Shown here piece by piece: positions 1 through 8,674 of a stretch of 64,000 nt of DNA (position 1 is its first letter; each line of letters opens with the position of its first letter). A program made the position numbers and the translations under genes. Source of the DNA: Candidatus Limnocylindrales bacterium (GTDB taxonomy: Bacteria > Chloroflexota > Limnocylindria > Limnocylindrales > CSP1-4). The notes below the pieces were generated by a model. That model made no database searches, had not been told where the DNA came from, and worked only from the letters and a program-made list of their open reading frames with translations. The stretch is from positions 11,270 through 75,269 of the forward strand of contig DASSHB010000133.1 of the NCBI GenBank assembly GCA_035693125.1, read 5' to 3'.

Positions 1-1195
1 GATCTCGGAGCGGTCCGCTCACCCGGTTCGCGTAGCGGTCAACCACGTGGATGGCACAGCGACACCGACCCGACGGGTCGCCGGCCCAACCGCACGGGCA
101 CGGGTTCATCGCGGCGACGACGAGGACCCGCGCCGGGAACCGGATGGCCCGCCCGACGCGAGCGATCGACACGAAGCCATCCTCCAGCGGCTGGCGGAGC
201 GCCTCGAGGACGTCGCGCCCGAACTCGGGCAGCTCGTCGAGGAAGAGGACGCCGTCGTTGGCCAGGGTGACCTCGCCCGGCGACAACCTCGGTCCGCCAC
301 CGACCATCGCCGCGTACGACAGCGTGTGGTGCGGTGAGCGGACGGGGGCGTCGCGGCGGAGCGCCTCGATGGGTCCCTCGCCCGCCGCCGACGCGACCAC
401 GGTCGCGGCCAGGGCACTCGCGTCGTCGAGGGGCGGCAGGAGGCCCGGGATCGTTCGCGCCAGCAGGGTCTTGCCGGACCCCGGCGGACCGATCATCAGC
501 AGGGCGTGCCCGCCGGCCAGGGCGATCTCGAGCGCCCGGCGCGCCTCGAGCTGGCCGCGCACCTCGGCCAGATCCGGGACGGGCGCGTCGGTTCCGCGCG
601 GAGCGAGCCGGCGAGATGCCCGCGGATCGTCCGCCCCGCCCGTCGCGAGCTCGATCCGCGGCGGCGCCGGCCGCCCGGGGCGGCGCGGACGGCGGCGAAC
701 CAGGTCGGCCGCCTCGCGCAGCGTGGCGGCTCCGACGACCTCCAACCCCGCCACGAGCCGGGCTTCCTCGACCGCGTCAATCGCGACGACGAGACGACGG
801 ATCCCGCGCCGCGCCAGCGCGGCTGCCATCGGCAGGATCCCCGGCACCGCCGCGACGTCGCCGCCGAGCGACAGCTCCCCGATCAGGGCGATCCGGCCCG
901 GGGCCGCCGTCACCTGCTCGGATCCGAGCAGGATCCCCATGGCGATCGCGAGGTCGAGCGATGCGCCCGCCTTGCGCAGGTCCGCGGGCGCGAGATTCAC
1001 GGTGATCCGGCGCGGTGGGTGGCTGAACCCGGCGTTCCGGATCGCGCCGCGAACGCGCTCGCGCGCCTCCTGGAGCGCCGCATCCGCGAGGCCGACGATC
1101 GTGAAGCCGGGCAAGCCGGGCGCGACGTCGACCTCGACCCGGATCAGCCGGCCGTCGAGGCCGATGAGGGTCGAGGACAGCAGGGTCGCGAGCAC
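1..1195 (-). CDS. comM: Mg-chelatase-like AAA+ ATPase, ComM/YifB family (3' end cut by window edge)
   Basis: Own translation of the minus strand from GTG at 1195. Motifs seen: '[24 protein letters not shown]...', Walker A 'GPPGSGKT', '[11 protein letters not shown]', 'AAMNPCPCG'. It is missing from the ORF track because it has no stop inside the window. Confidence 0.85.
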   Translation of the reverse strand, partial: MLATLLSSTLIGLDGRLIRVEVDVAPGLPGFTIVGLADAALQEARERVRGAIRNAGFSHPPRRITVNLAPADLRKAGASLDLAIAMGILLGSEQVTAAPGRIALIGELSLGGDVAAVPGILPMAAALARRGIRRLVVAIDAVEEARLVAGLEVVGAATLREAADLVRRRPRRPGRPAPPRIELATGGADDPRASRRLAPRGTDAPVPDLAEVRGQLEARRALEIALAGGHALLMIGPPGSGKTLLARTIPGLLPPLDDASALAATVVASAAGEGPIEALRRDAPVRSPHHTLSYAAMVGGGPRLSPGEVTLANDGVLFLDELPEFGRDVLEALRQPLEDGFVSIARVGRAIRFPARVLVVAAMNPCPCGWAGDPSGRCRCAIHVVDRYANRVSGPLRD

Positions 1196-1317
1196 GGCCG
1201 GACCCTAGCGCCGGGCGGTCACCCGCCGATCAATCGAGGCTCACCCGGGCGTCACCCGGCGCTGGGCGCGGCGATCCGGCCTTGCAAGTCCAGCCGGGCC
1301 GCCGGCCGCCGAGGCGA

Positions 1318-2499
1318 TCAGCCGCGGGCGAGGGCCGGTGCGGCGAGGAGGCCCGCTGCTGCGGCGGGGGCCTTGTCGACGATCCGGGCGAAGTCGAGGA
1401 GCGAGCGGCCGAGGAGGGAATCGGCCTTCGTGAACATGAACGGCGCGCCCGAGTTCAACGCGCTGATCGCGCCGCGGTACTCGTTGACGATCTGGTGGTC
1501 GATCGTCCGCTTCAGGGCACCTTCGGCGTTCTTCACGTTGATCCCGGTGAACGCGTTCGAACGGTTCAGGACGAGCTGGACCTTGCGCGCCTCGTAGCCC
1601 AGGTGACCGATCGTCTCGAGGACGAGCCGGACGTTCTTCAGGCACGACAGGTCGGCGGTCATCACGACGAACATCGTGTCGGCCGCCTCGAGGATCCCGA
1701 GGTTCACGTCATCGAGACGCTTGTCGATGTCGACGAGGACGTAGTCGTAGAGCCCGCGCAACAGGTCGAGGATCACCGGCATGTGATCGGGCGTGACGAG
1801 CTCGGCCGTCTCCGGCGACGGCGGGGCGAGCAGGAGGTCGACCCCCGAATCGTGCTTGACCATGACCTGGCGGAGCAGATCCACGTCGATCGTCGGCGCC
1901 GACACGACATCCACGATCGACTTCTTGTCGAGCCCGAGGTCGAGGAACACGCGGTGGTCGCCGAACTGGAGGTTGCCGTCGACGAGGGCGACCTTCCGGC
2001 CGAGCTCGCGATGGAGGGCGATCGCGGCATTGATCGCGATCGTCGTCGTCCCCACGCCGCCTTTCGCGCCATACAGGGCGAGGACGCGCCCCAGCGGCGG
2101 CCGCCCCACGAGCGTCTCGGCCGGCGCGAAGCGGGCCAGGAGGCTCTTGATCCGGGCCATCAGCTCGGCCGGATGGAACGGCTTGATCAGGTAGTCGTCG
2201 GCGCCGGCACGGAGTCCGCGGACCTTCTGCTCGACCTCGCGCTCGGCGGTCAGCATGATGATCGGGACGTGGCCCGTCGTGCCCTCTTCGGTCCGGATCT
2301 TCGTCGCGACCTGGTAGCCGTCGAGCTTGGGCAGCATCACGTCGAGGAGGATCAGGTCGGGCGCTTCGGCGCCCCACAAGCGGAACCCCTCCGCGCCATC
2401 CGACGCGACGACGACTTCGTAACCCTCCTGCTTCAGGGTGTACTGGAGCAGGCGCTGGACGTTCGGGTCGTCGTCGACGACGAGGATCTTGGCCGCCAT
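1318..2499 (-). CDS. Response-regulator receiver domain fused to a ParA/MinD-type (CpaE/TadZ-like) ATPase, paralog 1
   Basis: Internal ATG at 2499 ('MAAKILVVDDD') with GGAAGGAG SD just upstream; this ATG overlaps the upstream stop (TGATG). The receiver looks intact: 'LILLDVMLP', 'MLTA', 'IKPF'. The ATPase has P-loop 'YGAKGGVGTTT' and 'ALVDGNLQFGD'. The track ORF 1318..2625 carries a false 42-aa extension. Confidence 0.85.
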   Translation of the reverse strand: MAAKILVVDDDPNVQRLLQYTLKQEGYEVVVASDGAEGFRLWGAEAPDLILLDVMLPKLDGYQVATKIRTEEGTTGHVPIIMLTAEREVEQKVRGLRAGADDYLIKPFHPAELMARIKSLLARFAPAETLVGRPPLGRVLALYGAKGGVGTTTIAINAAIALHRELGRKVALVDGNLQFGDHRVFLDLGLDKKSIVDVVSAPTIDVDLLRQVMVKHDSGVDLLLAPPSPETAELVTPDHMPVILDLLRGLYDYVLVDIDKRLDDVNLGILEAADTMFVVMTADLSCLKNVRLVLETIGHLGYEARKVQLVLNRSNAFTGINVKNAEGALKRTIDHQIVNEYRGAISALNSGAPFMFTKADSLLGRSLLDFARIVDKAPAAAAGLLAAPALARG

Positions 2500-3548
2500 C
2501 AGTCTCCTTCCGGGCCCGCGTGCACGAATTCGGGCGTCGGCTCCCCCGACGTGTGGATTATAGGCACCACTTCCCGGGCCCCCAAGAAGGCCTGACGGAC
2601 GAATCGGGACACCCGAAGGTCCCATTGCGCCGGATCGGCCGGTCGTGATCCACGATGGTCGGCGCCTGGCACCTCCCAGTGCTCCGTGGCCGGGCCGGCG
2701 AGCGCCGCGAGTCGCCGGCCGTCCTTCGGCGGGACGGTCCGATCGGCGCCGCCGTGGATCAGCAGGAGCGGCACGGGATCGACGAGACGGACGATCCGGC
2801 CGGCCTCGGTCGCCCGGATGTCACCGCCGAGCCGGCGGCTGGCCATCGAGAAGAGGCGTCCGGCAACGGCCCTCCGGATCGGTCCGCCCAGCGGCAGCCG
2901 GATCCGGTTCGCGATCGGGATCCGGAGATCGGTCGGGACGGACTCGGCGACCGCACCGACGATCCGCGGCCGCGGCGCCTCGACGCTCGCCGCCGGGGCC
3001 GCTGGATCCAGGTCGGCCTGGCGAAGCGTGCCGTCGCCCAGCACGACGATCGCGGCGATCGCGACGGTCCCGCCCATCGACGAGCCGACGAGGACCACGC
3101 GCCGGATGCCGCGCTCGCCGAGCCAGTCGAGCGCCCCCGCGACGTCCTCGATCTCGTGCAGCCCGAACGTGGATGGCGCCTCGTCGGACGTGCCGTGGCC
3201 GCGGAAGTCCAGGCCCAGCACGCCGGCCGTCCGGCGGAGGGTCGGCCCGAGCTCGACGAGGTCCGGCACGATCGAGCCGGTCCAGCCATGGAGGAGGAGG
3301 ATCGCCTCGTATGGATCCGGTCGCCACGGGTCCAGCGGCGCCTTGCCGCCCGTGTCGGAGCCGCCGTCGGTGGCGCCCGGCGCGGGGGCCGCCTCCGCGG
3401 GCAGCCACCGTCCGCCGAGCCGCAGGCCGTCTCGGGCGCGGAGCTTGACGACCTCGCCGCCGAGCGCGTCGAGCGCCGGCTTCAGGCTCGCCTCATTGGG
3501 GGCGACGCGCGGCGCGTCGAGGATCCGCCCCGTCCAGCCGTCCGTCAC
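2499..3548 (-). CDS. alpha/beta-fold hydrolase
   Basis: 'LLLHGWTGS' oxyanion region and nucleophile elbow 'GSSMGG'. The GTG start at 3548 overlaps the upstream stop (GTGA). Confidence 0.8.
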   Translation of the reverse strand: MTDGWTGRILDAPRVAPNEASLKPALDALGGEVVKLRARDGLRLGGRWLPAEAAPAPGATDGGSDTGGKAPLDPWRPDPYEAILLLHGWTGSIVPDLVELGPTLRRTAGVLGLDFRGHGTSDEAPSTFGLHEIEDVAGALDWLGERGIRRVVLVGSSMGGTVAIAAIVVLGDGTLRQADLDPAAPAASVEAPRPRIVGAVAESVPTDLRIPIANRIRLPLGGPIRRAVAGRLFSMASRRLGGDIRATEAGRIVRLVDPVPLLLIHGGADRTVPPKDGRRLAALAGPATEHWEVPGADHRGSRPADPAQWDLRVSRFVRQAFLGAREVVPIIHTSGEPTPEFVHAGPEGD

Positions 3549-4456
3549 CCGGCGGCGCCACCGTCGCGGCCACCGTCGGCGGCCATCCCTCGTTCGACGA
3601 ACCCGCTGATCGGCTCCAGGAGGCGGGTGAACTCCGTGGGGATCACGAACTTCGTGGCCGGGCTCGCCCCGAGCGCCTTCAGCGCTTCGAGGTACTGGAG
3701 GGCCATCGTCTTCTGGTCGATCGCGGATGCTGCGCCGAAGATCCGGGTCAGCGCCTGGCTGTAGCCCTCGGCCCGGAGGATCGCGGCCTGTCGCTCACCC
3801 TCGGCCTTGAGGATCTCCGATTGCTTCTGGCCCTCGGCGACGTTGATCGCCGCCTGGCGGGACCCTTCGGACTCGGTGATCACGGCACGCCGCGTCCGCT
3901 CGGCGGAGAGCTGCCGGTTCATCGCCTCCTGGACGTCGCGCGGCGGGATGATCTCGCGGATCTCGACGGTCGTGACCTTGCCGCCCCAGCGCTCGGTCTG
4001 CTCGTCGAGCTTGGCCCGGAGCACCTCGTTGATCTGCTCCCGCTTCGAGAGGACCTCGTCGAGGGAGATGTCGCCGATCACCGCGCGGAGCGTCGTCGAG
4101 GCGATGCCCAGCAGCATCGAGTCGAGGCGCTTCGGGGCCAGGACGCTCTTGAGCGGGTCGACGATCCGCCAATAGACGAGGAAGTCGACGTTGATCGGGG
4201 CATTGTCCTTCGTGATCGTCGTCTGGCTCGGGACCTCGGTCAGGGTCTCGCGCAGGTCGACCTTGACCGGGCGGTCCACGGCGGGGATCAGGAAGCGCAG
4301 GCCGGACTCGCGGACCATCGCCTCGTTCGTCTTGCCCAGGCGGAAGACGACCATCCGCTCGTATTGCTGGACGATCCGGATCGAGAGGTACAACAGGACG
4401 AGCACCACGACGCCGACGAAGGCGGCGATCGCAAGCACGACGACAGCGGATTCCAC
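3545..4456 (-). CDS. SPFH/band-7 protein, stomatin-like
   Basis: N-terminal TM helix followed by 'IVQQYERMVVFRLGK', 'TKDNAPINVDFLVYWRI' and a coiled 'AEGQKQSEILKAEGERQAAILRAEG'. This is typical of stomatin/QmcA-type proteins and it lies directly downstream of an NfeD gene. Confidence 0.9.
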   Translation of the reverse strand: MESAVVVLAIAAFVGVVVLVLLYLSIRIVQQYERMVVFRLGKTNEAMVRESGLRFLIPAVDRPVKVDLRETLTEVPSQTTITKDNAPINVDFLVYWRIVDPLKSVLAPKRLDSMLLGIASTTLRAVIGDISLDEVLSKREQINEVLRAKLDEQTERWGGKVTTVEIREIIPPRDVQEAMNRQLSAERTRRAVITESEGSRQAAINVAEGQKQSEILKAEGERQAAILRAEGYSQALTRIFGAASAIDQKTMALQYLEALKALGASPATKFVIPTEFTRLLEPISGFVERGMAADGGRDGGAAG

Positions 4457-4483
4457 GGGAGCTCCTTCGACTTGCGGGCGAGT

Positions 4484-5878
4484 TCAGGGTAGACCGGCCG
4501 GAGCCGGCTCGACGACGAGGGTCAGACCGTCGGTCCGGACGACCCGAACGGCGGTTCCGCGCGGGATCGCCCGGTCGTCGACGGCGCGGGCAGACCATTC
4601 CTCTCCGTCTGCAAAGATCGACCCGATCGGCTCGAGCGGACGGCGGACCTCGCCCGCCGTTCCCACGGCGACCGCGACGGGATCGATGCCCGACGGCGCG
4701 GGCATCCGTCGGGTCCGCAGCGCGGTGATCGTGATCAGGGCGCCCAGCGCGGCGGCGGTGACCGCAGCGGTGACCAGGATCGGGGCCGCCACGCGGACCG
4801 CCGGGCCGAACCCGTCCGACTGGCTGTACAGCGCCGACCCGCCCAGGACGAACGCGGCGACGCCACCGATCGTGAGGAGGCCATGACTCGGGATCGACGG
4901 CTCCAGGGCGAGGAGGATCAGCCCGATCGCGACGAGGAGCAGCCCGGCCGGCACGACCGGCAGGTTCACGAACCCGATCGAGGCGAGGGCGATCGCGGTC
5001 ACGCCGGCGACGCCGAGGAGGACCGTCGGCGACTGCAGCTCGAAGACCAGGGCAAGGACGCCGGCGGTGAACAGCAGGAACGCGACGTTCGGGTCGGCGA
5101 GGAGGCCGAGGATTCCGGCGAGCGGGTTGGCCGAGACCGTCTGGATGTCGGCGCCGGCGAGATCGAGGACACGATCCTGTCCGCCGACGCGGACCGTCTT
5201 GCCGTTCGCGGCGCCGACGACCTCCTCGATCGTCGAGGCGATGCCGTCGACCGCGCCGACCGAGACGGCCTCGGACGCCGGCGAGGACTTCGCGGCGGAG
5301 ACGGTCGACGCCGCCCAGTCGGCGGGGCGGTGGCGCTCCTCGGCGATCGAGCGGATCCAGGCGATCGCGTCGTTGCGGATCTTCACCCCGAGCGTGCCCG
5401 GGATGTCGTTGCCGGAGCCGTCGATCGGCGAGGCGGCTCCGATCCGTGTCCCGGGCGCCATGTAGGCAAGGTTCGCCGACAACGTGATGAACGTTCCGGC
5501 GCTCGCCGCGAACCCGCCGGCCGGCGCGACCCAGACGATCGTCGGGACGCGGGCGCCGAGCATCGCCGAGACGATCCGCTGGGTCGATTCGAGGCTGCCG
5601 CCCGGCGTGTCGAGCCGGATCACGAGCGCGGCCGCCCCACCCGCCGCCGCGGACTCGAGCTGGGTCTCGATCGCGCCGGCCATCTGGCCATCGACCTCGC
5701 CGTCGGCGGCCATGACGACCACGCTGCCGCTCGCCGCGCGGACCCTAAGCGCGAACGGGGCGAGGACGATCATCAGGGTGACGGTGGCGAGCCCGGCAGC
5801 GGTCGCGATCCGGGCGAATCGGTGGCTCACGATCGAACCTCCGCGGTCATCGTACGCCGTCGCCCGGATGAGGCTCAT
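4484..5878 (-). CDS. NfeD-family membrane-bound ClpP-class serine protease (long form)
   Basis: Signal anchor, then a ClpP-like domain ('VIRLDTPGGSL', 'GFAASAGTFI'), several TM helices, and a C-terminal OB-like 'GTAGEVRRPLEPIGSIFADGEEWSA'. The ATG at 5878 overlaps the upstream stop (ATGA); GTG at 5830 is an alternative start. The track ORF 4484..6667 is over-extended. Confidence 0.8.
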   Translation of the reverse strand: MSLIRATAYDDRGGSIVSHRFARIATAAGLATVTLMIVLAPFALRVRAASGSVVVMAADGEVDGQMAGAIETQLESAAAGGAAALVIRLDTPGGSLESTQRIVSAMLGARVPTIVWVAPAGGFAASAGTFITLSANLAYMAPGTRIGAASPIDGSGNDIPGTLGVKIRNDAIAWIRSIAEERHRPADWAASTVSAAKSSPASEAVSVGAVDGIASTIEEVVGAANGKTVRVGGQDRVLDLAGADIQTVSANPLAGILGLLADPNVAFLLFTAGVLALVFELQSPTVLLGVAGVTAIALASIGFVNLPVVPAGLLLVAIGLILLALEPSIPSHGLLTIGGVAAFVLGGSALYSQSDGFGPAVRVAAPILVTAAVTAAALGALITITALRTRRMPAPSGIDPVAVAVGTAGEVRRPLEPIGSIFADGEEWSARAVDDRAIPRGTAVRVVRTDGLTLVVEPAPAGLP

Positions 5879-6486
5879 CGGCGCGCGGCCGCGCCCTCGA
5901 GCCAGTCGAACGCGATCCGGCTCCAGGTCTCGAGGTGGTCCGCGACCGCCGCGACCGCCGCGCTCGTCGCGAACGCGCCGCTGAGCTTGTCCGTCTCGCG
6001 GATCGCCACGGGGCGGCCCGCCGCGTCGCCTTCGTAGACGAGGCCCAGATGGACCTCGCCGACCGGTGTCGTGTCGTCGTTCAACAGCCCCACGAACCGG
6101 AACGGTGGCACGAAGTCGACCACGAGCTCCTCGTGCCATTCCCGCTCGAGCGCGCGGGTCAGGTCGCCGTCCAGCGCGTCGTCCTCGGGATTGACGTGGC
6201 CGCCGACGCCGATCGAGTAGCGCTCGTGCAGGCGCGGGTCCGATCCGGCCGTCGTCCGCCGCATCAGGAACCAGTCGCGTCCGTCGCGGAGGACGGGGTA
6301 CGGGATGACCTGCTTCCAGCCCGGATCGGCTTCCATCGCCGGGCGCGGCAGATACCGACCCGCCTCGCGGATCAGCGCCGCCAGATCGCCGGCGCCGGCC
6401 GGCCGGATCCCGAGCCACGGCGCGCCGGCCCCCAGCCGGGCCACGACCTCGGCCGTCGGCACCACGAGGACGAGCTCGTCGGTCAC
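5875..6486 (-). CDS. Nudix-superfamily (MutT-like) phosphoesterase with a divergent Nudix box
   Basis: 'GGHVNPE...REWHEEL' resembles GX5E...REuxEE but with a longer spacer. The GTG start at 6486 overlaps the tyrA stop (GTGA). The upstream part of track ORF 5875..6915 is Arg-rich shadow sequence. Confidence 0.55.
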   Translation of the reverse strand: MTDELVLVVPTAEVVARLGAGAPWLGIRPAGAGDLAALIREAGRYLPRPAMEADPGWKQVIPYPVLRDGRDWFLMRRTTAGSDPRLHERYSIGVGGHVNPEDDALDGDLTRALEREWHEELVVDFVPPFRFVGLLNDDTTPVGEVHLGLVYEGDAAGRPVAIRETDKLSGAFATSAAVAAVADHLETWSRIAFDWLEGAAARR

Positions 6487-7331
6487 GCTGGCCCGCCGCC
6501 GGCATCGTCCCGGGCACGCTGGAGCCGCTGGGCGAGCGTCTCGCCGGTCGGCGACCCGTCGAGCACCTCGATCCAGTCGTCGATGACCGCGCGAACGGCG
6601 CGCAAGGCGGCCGCGGTCGGACCCGCGTTCGTCGCGAGGATCCCCGCCCCCATCGAGGCGTCGCCACGGGCCAGCCGGGTCATGCCCGCCCAGCCGCCCG
6701 CCGCGATCGGCTCGGCGTCCGGCCACTCGGGGCGTCCCACGGCCGCCTCGACGAGCGCCGCCGACAGGACAAGCGGCGCGTGGCTGATCAGTGCCGTGGC
6801 GGCGTCGTGCTGGGCCGCACTCATCCGGATCGGTCGTGCGCCGCAACCCGACGCCAACGTCTCGACCCGCTCGATGGCGGCTCGATCGTCCGCGTCGCTC
6901 GGCACGATGATCCACGGCCGGTCGCGCGCGAGCTCCGGGTCCGCGGCCTCGTAGCCCGACGCCTCGCGCCCCGCCATCGGATGGCCTCCCACGAAGCGCA
7001 GCCCGAGCTCGGCGGCCCGGCCCACGATCGCGACCTTCGTGCTGGCGACGTCGGTGATCACCGCATCCGGCCGGAGCGACCCACGGAGCGGCCCGGCGAG
7101 CTCCTCAAGGAGCGCGAGACAGGCGAGCGGCGGAGCGGCCAGGACGACGAGGTGGGCCGCCGCGACCGCATCGGCGGCCGAGAGGGTCGCGCGGATCCCG
7201 TGGATCCCGGCCGCAGCCGGCCCGCGGCCCGAAGGGGTCCAGGCCACGACCCGCTCCGCGACGCCCGCGGCAAGCGCCGCGCGGGCGATCGACCCACCGA
7301 TCTGACCGAGTCCGAGCAGCGCAAGATCCAT
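6483..7331 (-). CDS. tyrA: prephenate/arogenate dehydrogenase
   Basis: N-terminal Rossmann 'LGLGQIGGS', then 'DVASTK' and 'GGHPMAG', the motifs typical of TyrA-family dehydrogenases. Confidence 0.85.
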   Translation of the reverse strand: MDLALLGLGQIGGSIARAALAAGVAERVVAWTPSGRGPAAAGIHGIRATLSAADAVAAAHLVVLAAPPLACLALLEELAGPLRGSLRPDAVITDVASTKVAIVGRAAELGLRFVGGHPMAGREASGYEAADPELARDRPWIIVPSDADDRAAIERVETLASGCGARPIRMSAAQHDAATALISHAPLVLSAALVEAAVGRPEWPDAEPIAAGGWAGMTRLARGDASMGAGILATNAGPTAAALRAVRAVIDDWIEVLDGSPTGETLAQRLQRARDDAGGGPA

Positions 7332-7404
7332 CGTCGGGGAGTATGTCAGGCGAACCGACGCTGGTATCCTCTCGAACGGGGAATGCCACGCGCGTCAACA
7401 CGAG

Positions 7405-8109
7405 GTGGGGAGGCCGACGTTGAGCACGGAGAACCGGAGGATCCGGGTTCTGTTCGTCGAGGATCACCAGCTCCTCGCGGACGCCCTTGCCGCCCTCCTG
7501 GGCCGCGAGCCCGACATCGAGGTCGTCGGCATCGCGCGCACGGTCGCCGACGCCAAGGTCCTCTCCAAGGAACGGCTCGACGTCGTCCTGATGGACTATC
7601 ACCTGCCCGACGGGACGGGCGCCGAGGCCACCCGCTCGATCAAGGCGCGCTGGCCGGCCGCCCGTGTCGTCATGGTCACCGCCCTGACCGACGACGAGAC
7701 CGTCCTCGAATCGATCCAGGCCGGCGCCGACGGCTACCTCACGAAGGACCGCGCGGCCGAGGAGGTCGTCCTCGCGGTCCGGGCCGCGCATGCCGGCGAG
7801 ACGCTCCTGCCGCGGTCGGTGATCGTCGAGATCGCCCGGCGGGTGGCCGCGGCCCGCGAGCGCGGCGACGAACGTCGGATGGTCGAGCCGCTCACGCCCC
7901 GCGAGCTCGAGGTCCTCCGGGCCCTGACCGAGGGACTGTCGACGCCGGAGATCTGCGACAAGCTGTTCATCGCGCCGAACACGCTCCGGACGCACGTCCA
8001 GAACATCATGGGCAAGCTCCGGGTCCACTCGAAGCTGGAGGCGGTCGCCTTCGCCCTCCGCTACCGGCTCGTGGAGCCGCCACGGCCCGAGGACGCGGCC
8101 ACCGGCTGA
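7405..8109 (+). CDS. NarL/LuxR-family response regulator (REC + HTH)
   Basis: 'RVLFVEDHQLL', 'VVLMDYHLPDG', 'DGYLTKD'. C-terminal LuxR HTH 'LTPRELEVLRALTEGLSTPEICDKLFIAPNTLRTHVQNIMGKL'. No histidine kinase is adjacent. The start could instead be TTG at 7420. Confidence 0.9.
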   Translation: MGRPTLSTENRRIRVLFVEDHQLLADALAALLGREPDIEVVGIARTVADAKVLSKERLDVVLMDYHLPDGTGAEATRSIKARWPAARVVMVTALTDDETVLESIQAGADGYLTKDRAAEEVVLAVRAAHAGETLLPRSVIVEIARRVAAARERGDERRMVEPLTPRELEVLRALTEGLSTPEICDKLFIAPNTLRTHVQNIMGKLRVHSKLEAVAFALRYRLVEPPRPEDAATG

Positions 8110-8164
8110 GCGCGGCCAGCGCGTCGTCCCGGCGCGCCGGCGCGCCGGGGCAACCAGGCATCCC

Positions 8165-8458
8165 TCAGCTCGGGGGCCGCCTGCGCCGTTCCTCGCGCCG
8201 GTCGCCGGTGCGTCGCTCGCCGTCCGGCGGCGGTCCCGGATCGTCGGGCGGGTTCTGGCGGCGGGCGATCGTCCGCCGCTCGGTATCGCGCCGATCGAGG
8301 TTGAGGAACGCGCCGCAGCGCGGACAGCGGCGCTCCTCGGCGAACAGGGCGTCGAGCGCGGCGACCGAATGGATCTGGCGTCCGCACGACCAGCAGGCAA
8401 GCTTGGGCACGGCGCCATCGTAGCGGCCGATGACGGTGCGGGAACGGGCCCGACCCAA
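8165..8458 (-). CDS. small zinc-ribbon protein (hypothetical)
   Basis: 'CWSCG...(20 aa)...CPRCG' forms a CxxC-CxxC pair, followed by an Arg/Pro/Asp-rich tail. The start is uncertain (TTG 8458 or an internal GTG). Confidence 0.4.
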   Translation of the reverse strand: MGRARSRTVIGRYDGAVPKLACWSCGRQIHSVAALDALFAEERRCPRCGAFLNLDRRDTERRTIARRQNPPDDPGPPPDGERRTGDRREERRRRPPS

Positions 8459-8577
8459 TCGGGGACCTGCCGATTACGTCGCATGAGTGATGTCCCGACC
8501 AGGTCACGGGGCGCACGATGCGTCCCGGGTTCGCCACTTGAGGGCGACCGGCCGGTCACTCGGGCAGGTGACCGCCC

Positions 8578-8612
8578 AGCGGACCGCTCTGCTCCCCCCA
8601 GAGCGGTCCGCT
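8578..8612. terminator. Perfect 14-bp inverted repeat (hairpin), possible terminator or operator
   Basis: 'agcggaccgctctg' (8578-8591), a 7-nt loop, then 'cagagcggtccgct' (8599-8612). It lies 63 nt downstream of the stop of the 8675..9334 gene. The plus strand continues 'ccctttcc'; the minus strand has no U-tract. Confidence 0.4.
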
Positions 8613-8674
8613 CCCTTTCCTCGTGGATCAGGCTGGCGCGGCTGCGCGTGGCGAGGCGCGGACCGGACGGCGGA

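Noticed and set aside
9-19. A third copy of the 'agcggtccgct' near-palindrome, also forming the 8578-8612 hairpin arms, inside comM
   Set aside because: It lies within coding sequence ('SGPL'). An 11-mer of this GC composition could plausibly recur by chance in 128 kb of two-strand sequence, so the evidence for a dispersed repeat family is insufficient.
51-1208. A 385-aa plus-strand ORF and other plus or short ORFs at the window start
   Set aside because: The minus strand here encodes a ComM/YifB ATPase with a Walker A motif and other family motifs. That gene is missing from the track only because it is open at the window edge. The plus-strand product is Arg/Ser/Pro/Ala low-complexity sequence.
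1318-2499. Interpreting the CpaE/TadZ-like genes as evidence of a Tad/Flp pilus locus
   Set aside because: I recognise no TadA/CpaF ATPase, TadB/C, secretin, prepilin peptidase or flp pilin gene anywhere in the 64 kb. I therefore describe the genes only by domain architecture.
4484-6667. Long N-terminal extensions of real genes in the track (4484..6667, 5875..6915, 9331..10650, 37477..39798, 40882..42180, 46295..49588, 53917..56064 and others)
   Set aside because: The extended parts are Arg/Gly/Pro-rich, overlap the upstream gene in another frame, and stop looking like protein exactly where an internal ATG, GTG or TTG forms a 1-nt or 4-nt overlap with the upstream stop or follows a GGAGG. 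I kept the shorter starts.
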